Assembly (NCBI GenBank): GCA_036407095.1
Contig: DASWZV010000065.1
Location: 27,262 to 91,261, forward strand
Direction: 5' to 3'
DNA length: 64,000 nt
Source: Vicinamibacterales bacterium
GTDB taxonomy: Bacteria; Acidobacteriota; Vicinamibacteria; Vicinamibacterales; UBA2999
The notes under the pieces were generated by a model. That model saw nothing but the letters and a program-made list of their open reading frames with translations. It ran no database searches and was not told where the DNA came from. This document shows, piece by piece, positions 55,536 through 64,000 of the stretch. The first letter of the stretch is position 1; each line of letters starts with the position of its first letter. The position numbers and the translations under genes are program-made.

Positions 55536-56618
55536 TCAAGCCCCATCGTCTGTCGATGGGAAAGAAGACGGGTGTGAACCCTGCGTAGCGTTGGTCGTCA
55601 TCACGATCAAATCCCGCAGCTCCTCGACGACTGCTTCCGGCACATCGTCACGCGTCAGCAGTTCGCAGAGCGCGGGCAAATCGGCCAGACGAGCGCGCAG
55701 AAACCAGTCGTCGGGCGCGTTCCAGCCACCGTCGGCAAGCCCGCGAGAAAAGTGCGGCTCGTACCGCGGCTGACCGGGACGCTCGTACCGCAGCATGTTG
55801 CCGATGTCACAGAGGATCGACCCGGCACAGGCAAACTCCCAGTCGAGAATCGCCGCCACGCGCCACCTGCCGCGGTCCTGCCGCACGAAGATGTTCGGTG
55901 AGTTGAAGTCGGCGTGGACGAGGCAGGCACCATCATGCTGCGAGGCAGACCGAAGTTCGGTCCGCCCCATGACAGCCACGAAATCGCGAATGCGCGTGAT
56001 GAGCGCCGCGTCGATCCGATGGCGAAACAACGGCGACGCCACGAAGTGTTCGACGACTTCGCCAAGACCCGCGTCTGCGAACGGGCCGTCCTGCACCTGG
56101 AGTGCCGGCGACAGCAGACCGGATCGTGGAAAGCGAAGTCGACCGAGTCGAGGCAGCAATCGGCCGGCATCGTACGAGGCCTCGCCGACGCCTGTGGCAT
56201 CGCCGCGTCGTCTCAAGTCCCTGAGCGAGATGCCGTCGATGAACTCGAGCACGCAGAACGGCGGATAGCCGTCCGCACCGTTCACTTCGGCGTGCAGCAC
56301 CTCTGGCACCGGCACGTCGCCGCGCACGAGCGCAAGGATCCGCACTTCCTTCGCACAGGATGCCGGCGCGCGATCGTAGAAGCGCAGGACACATCGCTCC
56401 GCCGATCCGGACAACCGGACGGCGTAATTCCAGTTCATGATGCCGCCGTGGAGCGGATCGACTGAGACGACGTGCTGCGCGCCGCGCCACGTCGCGAGGA
56501 GCGCATCGGCCGTCGCCGCAGCCAATCGCGGCGGAGGCGAGACCACCTTCCAAGTCGCCTTCTCCACTGCGGCAGGATCCTTCACGAGGACAACGACAGC
56601 GCGCTGCGCCTCTTGCAA
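55536..56618 (-). CDS. Aminoglycoside-phosphotransferase-like (APH/ChoK family) kinase
   Basis: Brenner motif LVHADFNSPNIFV (HxDxxxxN). Also AILDWEFA. Confidence 0.75.
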   Translation of the reverse strand: MQEAQRAVVVLVKDPAAVEKATWKVVSPPPRLAAATADALLATWRGAQHVVSVDPLHGGIMNWNYAVRLSGSAERCVLRFYDRAPASCAKEVRILALVRGDVPVPEVLHAEVNGADGYPPFCVLEFIDGISLRDLRRRGDATGVGEASYDAGRLLPRLGRLRFPRSGLLSPALQVQDGPFADAGLGEVVEHFVASPLFRHRIDAALITRIRDFVAVMGRTELRSASQHDGACLVHADFNSPNIFVRQDRGRWRVAAILDWEFACAGSILCDIGNMLRYERPGQPRYEPHFSRGLADGGWNAPDDWFLRARLADLPALCELLTRDDVPEAVVEELRDLIVMTTNATQGSHPSSFPSTDDGA

Positions 56619-56655
56619 CTGAAACGGTGATACGTCGTCCGGACCAACGAACAGA

Positions 56656-57201
56656 CTACTTGCGCCGGCGCGTTCGCGACGTGGACCGCTTTTTCGCCTT
56701 CGACGCCTTCCTGTTTTTCAGCGTCGGCGCCTTCCTGGTCGCTGATGGCGCCACGACCGCGTTCTCACCGAAGTCGCCCTCGACCCACGAGTGGAAGCCC
56801 ATGCACATACCATCGCCCTGGCGCAGATCGAGCTGGGCGACAGGCGCGCCGCCTCGCGTGAGCTGGACGCCAAACGACAGCTCGATCTCCACTCCACCGC
56901 CGCGGAGTCCACCAGAAACGCCGTCGATCTGCATCATGAGTGCATATGTCATCGCATCGACAGCCAGTTCGACGGCCGCGCGGGTTCCCGCGGATGCAGC
57001 TGACTCGAGGGTTGCCAGACCAGCGGCACGGACTTTTTCGAAGAAGATCAGACCGGCCGCGTGTTGCATCCAGAGGTCGAGGGCGTTTTCGCCCGGCGGA
57101 GGTCCTGCGAGTGCAAACTCGCGAAATGCCGCCGCCTGGGCGCGCAGACTTGCTTCACGGTTCAGAGGATCAATCAATGGCGAGGTGATCTTCGACGTCA
57201 C
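56656..57201 (-). CDS. Hypothetical protein with a strongly basic C-terminal tail
   Basis: 181-aa ORF ending in RKAPTLKNRKASKAKKRSTSRTRRRK. No family recognised. Confidence 0.5.
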   Translation of the reverse strand: MTSKITSPLIDPLNREASLRAQAAAFREFALAGPPPGENALDLWMQHAAGLIFFEKVRAAGLATLESAASAGTRAAVELAVDAMTYALMMQIDGVSGGLRGGGVEIELSFGVQLTRGGAPVAQLDLRQGDGMCMGFHSWVEGDFGENAVVAPSATRKAPTLKNRKASKAKKRSTSRTRRRK

Positions 57202-57245
57202 AGGTCGGTATCCTACCCTGTCGGAAGCGACCGCCCAACAAACCG

Positions 57246-59024
57246 TTGCAGGCAGGTTACTCTCGTAAGCGCGCGATGAGGCTGATGTCGGAGTCGAAAG
57301 ACGTGAAGATCAGTGTGCCGCGCGGCGTTGTGGGACGCAGCGTCCTGCTGGCGGTCTTCGCCGCCGCGGTGCTGTTCACCGCCACTCGAGTGCCGTTGGT
57401 TCGCCTGGCCGCCGACGGTGCGTCGCAGGCGCGCTGGGTACCGCTCGGGGCGTGGGCCGCCACGCAGTTTCCGGCGACTCGCGACGTCTATCGTGCCCAT
57501 TTCGCGGTGTTCCTCCAGCCCAAACGATTGCCTCTCGTCGCGCTGTTCGCGGCGCTCGTCATGGCTGCAGTGCGCTCGTTTCCCAGGAGTCTCGGCCTGT
57601 GGCTCGCCGAGCGCATGCCGCCGCTTTCGGCGCGCGCCCTCGGTGCTTACCGTTTGGCATTGGGACTTGGGTTGTTCGCTGCACTGCGCAGGGAGGTGCT
57701 TGACGCGGTCTCACCGGAGCACCAACGCTTATCATCGTGGCTGGCTCGTCTCGATTTCGTACGCACGCTGTCCGCAAGCCCGGACGCGATCGTGTGGATC
57801 TGGCACGCGGCGGCGGTCCTGCTTCTCTGCTTTGCCATCGGGCTCCTGCCGCGCCTCACGCTGGCAGCGGCCGCGGCGGCGATGACGCTGTTCGTTGGCG
57901 TCGGCCTGAGTTCGAAAGGGATGCACGACTGGGGCATTCCGCTCATCACGGTCTGGATGCTGGTCCTCGTTCCGTGGCGGGACAGCATCGGCGTGCACAC
58001 CGTGATCGCGCGATGGCGGCGGCGCGTGCCGCCGCCGGTCTCTCCATCGCTGCGTGGTCTGGCGGTGTGGCTGCCAGGGCTCACGCTGGGCATCGCGTTC
58101 CTGGCTGCCGCGTTTGCAAAGCTCGACACGAGCGGGGTTGCCTGGATCACGAGCGGCGCCGTGCGGTTTCACTTCATCGAAGACGCACGTACGGCGCCGG
58201 TGTCATGGGGTCTGCTCCTGGCTCGATCGGACGTCGCCGCCGTCGCGCTCTCGCTCGGCGCGGTCATGATCGAAGGCGCATTCTGGACAGTCGCCTTCTT
58301 CAAGCATCCAGCCGTACGCGCACTCTACGGCCTGGCGGGGTTCGCTATGCTCGCCGGGTTCTATCTCTTTCAGGGACTGTTCTGGCCCGCGTGGTGGGCG
58401 CTCTTTCTCGCGTTCCTGCCATGGTCGGTGCTCGATCGCGTCACCATTCGCGTTCGAGCGACTGACGCAGAGCGTGCGTCGCGATCGCAGGCTCACCACG
58501 AGTCTGACGAGACACCCCTCGACACGCCCGTGCCACTGCCAAGATTCACGTCGATCGCGATTGTGATGTTGACGCTTCAGCAGCCCATCGTCAGCGCGTT
58601 GCGCGTCGAATCCGAGCCGTTCTTCTCCGACTACAGCATGTATTCATACACCTGGCCGTCGAAGGAGGCGTTCGATACCCATCTGCGTGCCAAGACCGCG
58701 CGCTACGAGCTTTCGATCGGGGGCCTGACCGGCGACGAACTCGATCGACGCGTGCGTCAACTGCCCGGCGGCGTCGACACGCTGAGTGGCGCGATCGGCC
58801 TTGCCACTCGCGGCGAGCCCTGGCCGGATTCGACCCGCGCTGCCGTCGCCGCGACACGGCGCGACTATCACCAGCGCTTCGGCGAATCGCTGTCACGGAT
58901 CACCGTCCGCATCCTGCAGCGTGGGTTCGATTGGACGCGAGGGACCTTCGACGATCCGCCTCGTCTCATCGGTCAGCACGTGCTCGACCTCGATGCGGGG
59001 CGCTTCGAGCCCGAAGTTCGATGA
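57246..59024 (+). CDS. Polytopic membrane protein (possibly HTTM-like) with a C-terminal soluble domain
   Basis: At least 8 hydrophobic helices over the first ~400 aa. The start is uncertain, and an alternative ATG lies at 57276. Confidence 0.6.
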   Translation: MQAGYSRKRAMRLMSESKDVKISVPRGVVGRSVLLAVFAAAVLFTATRVPLVRLAADGASQARWVPLGAWAATQFPATRDVYRAHFAVFLQPKRLPLVALFAALVMAAVRSFPRSLGLWLAERMPPLSARALGAYRLALGLGLFAALRREVLDAVSPEHQRLSSWLARLDFVRTLSASPDAIVWIWHAAAVLLLCFAIGLLPRLTLAAAAAAMTLFVGVGLSSKGMHDWGIPLITVWMLVLVPWRDSIGVHTVIARWRRRVPPPVSPSLRGLAVWLPGLTLGIAFLAAAFAKLDTSGVAWITSGAVRFHFIEDARTAPVSWGLLLARSDVAAVALSLGAVMIEGAFWTVAFFKHPAVRALYGLAGFAMLAGFYLFQGLFWPAWWALFLAFLPWSVLDRVTIRVRATDAERASRSQAHHESDETPLDTPVPLPRFTSIAIVMLTLQQPIVSALRVESEPFFSDYSMYSYTWPSKEAFDTHLRAKTARYELSIGGLTGDELDRRVRQLPGGVDTLSGAIGLATRGEPWPDSTRAAVAATRRDYHQRFGESLSRITVRILQRGFDWTRGTFDDPPRLIGQHVLDLDAGRFEPEVR

Positions 59025-59102
59025 CAACGAGCCTCGACCGCGCTCATAGTATTCTGGTGGACGATCGTCGGTCACATCATTGATGAAGCGACGGAGGATG
59101 AC

Positions 59103-59858
59103 TTGCAGCACCGATCGCTCCTGTGGATTTGCCTCGTTCTACTTCCCGGGCAGGTGTTCGCTCAAGGATCGGTGACCGGCATCGTCAGGGACGCCGCCGG
59201 GGCCGCGCTGCCCGGTGTGACCGTCGAACTGGCGGTCACGAAGCCGGGCGCGGAACCGCTGCGTACGGCTGTCACGAACGCAACTGGACGCTATGAAATC
59301 CGTGACGTGCTGCCGGGAACCTACGCCCTTACCTTCAGACTCCCAGGTTTCAATACGCTCAGACGTGATGGCCTTGCCGTGGTTCGAGGAGCACCGATGA
59401 CCGTCGATGCGGTTCTGCTCGTCGGATCGCTTGTCGACCCGCTTCCGCCGGGTCAACAGTCCGGGCGGGGCAATTGTCTGCACGGCGACACCGAAACCGA
59501 TGCGGAATACCAGCGTCGAAGCGACGCGCTCGACGCGATGCGCCTGATCGATTTCGTCATCTCGCGGACCATATCGCGCTCCCTTGTTGTACGCATGCCG
59601 ACGTGGGGCGATCTGGCGGCCTCTCCAGTGGTGGCGAGCCTCCGAGGTATGCGCGGTCCGAGGGGTGACCTGGCACGAAGGATCGCCTGGGGAGAGAGCA
59701 CGCCGCTGCCGGGATGGGGCATCGACTATGTCGCGATGGCCACCGATGTGAGATTCGCGCTGAAGGATCTGCGCGATCCCTGCGGTTTCACCTACTCGTC
59801 GCAGGACCCGAATGTCATCCCGTTGCGCTTCACGATTCTGCCGCTTCAGGACAATTGA
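59103..59858 (+). CDS. Secreted CarboxypepD_reg-like domain protein
   Basis: Signal peptide, then GSVTGIVRDAAGAALPGVTVELAV...TNATGRYEIRDVLPGTYALTFRLPGF. Confidence 0.7.
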   Translation: MQHRSLLWICLVLLPGQVFAQGSVTGIVRDAAGAALPGVTVELAVTKPGAEPLRTAVTNATGRYEIRDVLPGTYALTFRLPGFNTLRRDGLAVVRGAPMTVDAVLLVGSLVDPLPPGQQSGRGNCLHGDTETDAEYQRRSDALDAMRLIDFVISRTISRSLVVRMPTWGDLAASPVVASLRGMRGPRGDLARRIAWGESTPLPGWGIDYVAMATDVRFALKDLRDPCGFTYSSQDPNVIPLRFTILPLQDN

Positions 59859-59875
59859 GTCCCTTGCGTCAGGTC

Positions 59876-62008
59876 ATGCTCGACCCGCTGTTTTCGTCCG
59901 CTCTGGAGCAGGCTGAACGTTCCGCACCTGCAATAAGAGCCGCAGCGCTGGTGCACCTCGCCCGGGTGGCCGCAGGTCGCGATCGGCAGCAGGCAAGAGA
60001 TCTCCTCGAGCGTGGCATCGCTGTCGCGAACGCGATCGAGGAACCGACGCGTCAGATCCTGCTCGGCGAGGCGCTCGATCCCGCAGGCGCCATCTCGCCC
60101 GATGTTGCTGTCCGCCTTCTCGGCGCGCTTGCCAACGATCCGATGCAGAGCCATCGCGTCGTGATGGCGCTGTATCGCATGTTCGAGGCCGGCCACCACG
60201 ACGCGGCCATGGACTACCTGCTGACCGGGGCGCCGGACCTTTTCTATCCGTACGACGTGGCGGCACGGGCGCCCGGCATTGTAAAGGACGGGCGAACCAG
60301 GGCAGCGCTGCTGCGACGCGCCATACAGGCGGCGCGCGCCGGGAGGCAACTGACACCAGCCCGTCTGAGCCATCACACGATTTCCGAACTCCTCACGATG
60401 TTCAACCAGCACTGGCGCGCATTGCCGCAGGAAGAGGCCGGAACCTTCGTCCGGGAAGTGGTGACGACTATCCTCGCGGTGCCCGACGAGCGCGGCTCGT
60501 TCACACGGCAAGGCGCGCACTTCTCGTCCGCCCGTCAGGATCTTCTGTTCACCCTGCTCGGGCCATGCCGACATCTCGAACCGCAGCTCGCTGACGAGCT
60601 CGTTTCACAACATTCACAACTCGCCAGAGCCGCATCACGCTTTCCATACGGATGGGAATCGATGTACCCGGGTTGGGTTGAAGGTGCCTCCCACCTCGTT
60701 CCGCCATCGATGGAAACCGACGCCGACCTCCCGCGTCCACCACGCGAGCGGGAACCGGACCTCGAGGAGCGTGCATCGCACGATTACCTGACGCTGCTCG
60801 ACACGTTCTTGCCGGTTGCGCAGGAACTGCGCACGAACTTCGACCGCGCATTCGCGTTTGCCGGCGATGCGTACGACTCAGACACGGACCCCCGTCGCCC
60901 GAACAGCGCACCCAAAGCCTGCTGGCCGTCGGCAGGCGCGTTCCGCAGCATCCTCTACAAGGCCGGTAGTTATGAAGGAACGCGTGCGGAGCGGCATCTC
61001 GAACGCATTCCCGATCCCGACTTGCGGCTGCTGGCGCAGATCGAGCTGGCCGCCGCGCTTGCCGGAGTGCGACAAGCTCCACAGACGATGATCACGCGAC
61101 TGCCGGACGCATCATTCACGGGTCCTCCGACGGCTGACGAGCCTGGCAGCAGCGCCACGCATGCGCCGTTCGAACCGGTGACGCCGATTGCCATCTTCGA
61201 GAAGCCGCCGCTCCCACCGTCGTACGAGGCACGCATCACACCGAGCCGCCATCCGCCTGACGCACCGCCGGCCGGTGGTTGCGATGCTGACTTCTGGGTC
61301 ATTGAGAACGTGCGACTGCGACCGGTGTTGACACGTCTCTTCGACACCTCTTCGAGCCGCATCGTGATCCCCGCGTCACTCGAGCAGCGACGCTACGACT
61401 TCGCACTCGTGCTTCCACACGACGAATCGCGTGAGGTGTTCCTCGACAGCATGCGTTCGAGCGTGAAACGTCATTTCCAGGTGCGGTCCGAACAGCATGC
61501 AGTGGAGGCGCAGGTCGTCACGGCTCCGCGCGGCGTGAAGGCCCGGGAACGACCGGCTGACGACATGCCCGGCTGCGGCGTCGCCTTTGGCTCATTCAGC
61601 TTCCACGAGCCGCACACCTCGCCTTCGATGCCTGACTTCAGCGACCTGATTGTCGGATCGCTCATGGACATCGACGTCGTCCCGAGCCTCTCACGACGAT
61701 CGGTTGAAGAGGAGCTTCACACAGCGAGGGAACGATTTCTGAGAATGCCCGCCCCGCCGGGCATATTGAGCGCGCTCAATCAGACGCTGACGATGAACGA
61801 GCTGTGCATCGCGCTCGAGAGCGCGACCGGTCAGCTATTCGTCGACGAAACCGGGACCAGCACGCCGTATCGAATCAACGTGAACGGCGCGATGCCGGGG
61901 AGTTCTCGGGAGTTCGTGCAACTGGTCTGCGAGGAGCTCGGCCTCGTTGTCACACCGGCGCAGCGGGTCGTGGAGATGCTGACCGTCCGGGAACCCTTGA
62001 TCGTCTGA
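59876..62008 (+). CDS. Large hypothetical protein: helical-repeat-like N-terminal two thirds and a DUF3738 (TIGR03435)-like C-terminal region
   Basis: The start was trimmed to MLDPLFSSALEQ. The C-terminal region contains FWVIENVRLRPVLTRLF...RYDFALVLPHDESREVFLDSMRSSVKRHFQV...MNELCIALESATGQLFVDETGTSTPYRINV. Confidence 0.6.
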   Translation: MLDPLFSSALEQAERSAPAIRAAALVHLARVAAGRDRQQARDLLERGIAVANAIEEPTRQILLGEALDPAGAISPDVAVRLLGALANDPMQSHRVVMALYRMFEAGHHDAAMDYLLTGAPDLFYPYDVAARAPGIVKDGRTRAALLRRAIQAARAGRQLTPARLSHHTISELLTMFNQHWRALPQEEAGTFVREVVTTILAVPDERGSFTRQGAHFSSARQDLLFTLLGPCRHLEPQLADELVSQHSQLARAASRFPYGWESMYPGWVEGASHLVPPSMETDADLPRPPREREPDLEERASHDYLTLLDTFLPVAQELRTNFDRAFAFAGDAYDSDTDPRRPNSAPKACWPSAGAFRSILYKAGSYEGTRAERHLERIPDPDLRLLAQIELAAALAGVRQAPQTMITRLPDASFTGPPTADEPGSSATHAPFEPVTPIAIFEKPPLPPSYEARITPSRHPPDAPPAGGCDADFWVIENVRLRPVLTRLFDTSSSRIVIPASLEQRRYDFALVLPHDESREVFLDSMRSSVKRHFQVRSEQHAVEAQVVTAPRGVKARERPADDMPGCGVAFGSFSFHEPHTSPSMPDFSDLIVGSLMDIDVVPSLSRRSVEEELHTARERFLRMPAPPGILSALNQTLTMNELCIALESATGQLFVDETGTSTPYRINVNGAMPGSSREFVQLVCEELGLVVTPAQRVVEMLTVREPLIV

Positions 62009-62033
62009 AAACAGAAAGGCCTGGCAACACACC

Positions 62034-63092
62034 TCAGGCTGGAGCGGTCGCGCTTCCCTTGTTCTGCCACATGCGGCGGCGATCGTCGGGTAGCTGCCGA
62101 ATCAACGTGGCGAGCGGTTCCTTGGCTGGGCCAATGTAGAACTGGTACGAGTAGCGCGCGAGCGACTCGGACGCGCTGTCCGGAATCGATGCCCCGTGCG
62201 CACCGCGAGAGTTCAGGAAGACGAGCATGCTGTTGGGCCGATACGGCACGACTTTGACCAGCGTGCAGCGCCGGCCCGCCTGCTCCGGATAGTAGGTCTG
62301 CTTGTAGTTCGAGTCCTCGTCATCGTCTACCGAAAAGATCTGCGTACCGAAGCGCTCGTCGTCGTCAGGGCGGGCAAAATAGGCGAGGCACGTCAGCATC
62401 GCGTGCTTGGGATCGCGATGCGGATCGAGGTGGTACCCGCGGCGGCGCAGCATCAGCCGCCCGCTGTTGACACTGTGAGGCATCGCGTCAGCACGCGCTC
62501 GAAAATCCTGACCGAAGATCGAATCGTAGTGATGCAGGAGAGGCGTCCGAAAACGTTCGAGCACCGCTGGACAGATCATCTGTTGAATGACGACATCGTC
62601 GAAGAAGCCCCAGACGACCGCGCTCAGCGTCGGTCCGAGCTCCATCGGGAATCTGAGATTCCGCTTGATCGGATCGTGATCGTCGAAGAAGGGCTCGGGC
62701 GGAATGGCCTCGACGAGCAGCTCGTAAACGTCTGGTGGCAGGAGACCGTCGACGACCATGTGCTCGTACGGCTCGAGCACGAGCTGCGCAGACTCGATCG
62801 CGGCGCGCACGTGATTCCCTACGCGCGTCGCGTCCAGCAGTTCGCCTACGCGCGCGACCCTGTGATGCTGCTCGCGGTTGAGCACCGCGGTCAGCTTCAC
62901 TTGTGCCGCCGTCCGGTCTGCGCTCGAGGCCAGCCGTTCGGTTCGCTCCAGCGATGCCTTGAGCTCTTCCACCTGGTTGAGCAACAGTCGCACGTCTTTC
63001 CGGACCGGTTTCACCGCCTCCTCGACGTCCGGCTTCCACAGCCGTCCCAGGTAGTCGGCCAATCCAGTTCGTGTCAGGAAGGATCGGATCAT
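62034..63092 (-). CDS. Hypothetical protein with an N-terminal coiled coil and a possible 2OG-Fe(II)-oxygenase/cupin-like core
   Basis: Candidate HxD...H triad: YHLDPHRD ... NSRGAHGASIP. The coiled coil is VRKDVRLLLNQVEELKASLERTERL. Confidence 0.6.
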   Translation of the reverse strand: MIRSFLTRTGLADYLGRLWKPDVEEAVKPVRKDVRLLLNQVEELKASLERTERLASSADRTAAQVKLTAVLNREQHHRVARVGELLDATRVGNHVRAAIESAQLVLEPYEHMVVDGLLPPDVYELLVEAIPPEPFFDDHDPIKRNLRFPMELGPTLSAVVWGFFDDVVIQQMICPAVLERFRTPLLHHYDSIFGQDFRARADAMPHSVNSGRLMLRRRGYHLDPHRDPKHAMLTCLAYFARPDDDERFGTQIFSVDDDEDSNYKQTYYPEQAGRRCTLVKVVPYRPNSMLVFLNSRGAHGASIPDSASESLARYSYQFYIGPAKEPLATLIRQLPDDRRRMWQNKGSATAPA

Positions 63093-63096
63093 CGCG

Positions 63097-63216
63097 TTAC
63101 TGGTCGAGCATCGTTGGGAGGCACGCCTGATCGCACGTCGTTCGGGCCGAGGTCGGCGTCCATCCAGCCGCCATCACGACGACCCACAGGCAAACCATCC
63201 CACCGAAACGCACCAT
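63097..63216 (-). CDS. 39-aa secreted Cys-containing peptide (putative)
   Basis: The ATG at 63216 is preceded by GGAGGGAGGAG with a 4-nt spacer. The sequence is MVRFGGMVCLWVVVMAAGWTPTSA|RTTCDQACLPTMLDQ. Its stop lies 4 nt before the next gene. Confidence 0.4.
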   Translation of the reverse strand: MVRFGGMVCLWVVVMAAGWTPTSARTTCDQACLPTMLDQ

Positions 63217-63375
63217 CGCGCTCCTCCCTCCGTTTCCACCGACACGTAAGTGTAAGCCGACTGAGAAGGTCACCTGCGATTCGGGAAAATGTCTAACACT
63301 CGAGATCGCAAAAGCGTGCTGCGTGCCCAGCATGTCCGCGGCGTATTCGATGCGGCGACTGTCAGGAGGCGTCAA

Positions 63376-63990
63376 CTAGAAAATAACGGCGATGGCGTTG
63401 ACCCACTCGAAACCATCACCCTTCTTGAGTTCGGCTGGGTCACTGCCCGCGACAACGTCGAAGCCATTTGGATAGAGCCGGATGTTCCATTCCCAGATGA
63501 CTCGATGCCAGCGGAGTGAGATCGGCCGGACTTTCACGCCGAAATTCTTGAAGGCGGCGAACTCCTTGCCGAAGACGAAGTTGGCTGTCATGCCGACGGC
63601 ATGCTCTCCCAGGGCGCTCTTGAATCCGATCATCGGGTCGACTGTTCCCATCCCGGTGTGAAAAAAGCCGAAGTCCTTTTCGTTCTCGTCCTCTCCGGAG
63701 TTCTTGGGCAGAGAAAAATATGCGCCGCCATCAAGGACGAGCCAAATTTTTCCGAGGCTAGTGGGAACGGTTTCCATCGCATCGCTCAGAAGCGTGCCTA
63801 CCGGCGTGCTCAGCGGCGACCTGGGCTTGATCGGAATGCCGAAGACGGAGCATCTGTCTACCCTGCTGGCGCTGTTCTTCTTGAAGCCGACACTACATCC
63901 GGTAGTCAGGCCAATCATCGACGGGCCGCTCATTTCCCAGATCCACTCCCCGATACCAGCACTCCCTGTGCGCGGTGTTGCAAGGACCAT
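63376..63990 (-). CDS. Hypothetical protein, possibly a beta-barrel. The 5' end may lie outside the window.
   Basis: 204-aa ORF in a visibly lower-GC stretch, with alternating aromatic/Gly pattern and a terminal AVIF. There is no signal peptide at the listed Met and no upstream stop before the window end. Confidence 0.5.
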   Translation of the reverse strand: MVLATPRTGSAGIGEWIWEMSGPSMIGLTTGCSVGFKKNSASRVDRCSVFGIPIKPRSPLSTPVGTLLSDAMETVPTSLGKIWLVLDGGAYFSLPKNSGEDENEKDFGFFHTGMGTVDPMIGFKSALGEHAVGMTANFVFGKEFAAFKNFGVKVRPISLRWHRVIWEWNIRLYPNGFDVVAGSDPAELKKGDGFEWVNAIAVIF

Positions 63991-64000
63991 TACGGCTCCG

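Noticed and set aside
62196-63296. 366-aa plus-strand ORF opposite the 2OG-oxygenase-like gene
   Set aside because: The translation is Arg/Val/His-rich and featureless. The minus-strand gene has a coiled coil, a plausible metal triad and coupling to an upstream SD-preceded ORF.
1-64000. Scan for CRISPR arrays, rRNA/tRNA genes, transposases, integrases and phage-like genes
   Set aside because: The only regularly spaced direct repeat is the 21-bp in-frame coding repeat at 35414-35500. No ORF shows DDE, tyrosine- or serine-recombinase motifs. No rRNA-like conserved stretches were seen.

Overview
High-GC, densely coding bacterial chromosomal window with about 58 supportable CDS. No rRNA, tRNA, CRISPR array, transposase or integrase was recognised. 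The gene content points to Acidobacteriota: two MacB-like ADOP 'orphan' permeases (one PadR-linked), a BlaI/BlaR1 pair whose sensor is fused to CarboxypepD_reg and TonB_C domains, a DUF3738-like protein, a PSCyt/DUF1592 + DUF1552 pair, and an ECF sigma factor next to a Ser/Thr kinase. Housekeeping and accessory metabolism includes treS and malQ (alpha-glucan), a PQQ dehydrogenase, an FAD oxidoreductase and an SLT-like transglycosylase. The most interesting items are listed here. (1) A translationally coupled Nudix / CYTH-like-CHAD / ParA-like ATPase operon, which I read as a candidate polyphosphate-granule positioning module. (2) A histidine kinase whose N-terminus is a plant-type ethylene-binding domain with all key binding residues conserved. 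(3) A stand-alone adenylation domain + carrier protein + acyl-CoA-dehydrogenase-like flavoprotein + hexapeptide acyltransferase cassette. (4) A 34-bp perfect AT-rich palindrome abutting the blaI-like start codon. (5) A bacterial sn-glycerol-1-phosphate dehydrogenase homologue. (6) A one-base frameshift splitting the second ADOP permease. (7) A Shine-Dalgarno-preceded 39-aa Cys-containing secreted peptide coupled to a 2OG-oxygenase-like gene. Many long arginine/alanine-rich ORFs on the opposite strand of real genes are high-GC shadow ORFs and were rejected. All family calls come from motif recognition by eye. No database search was run.
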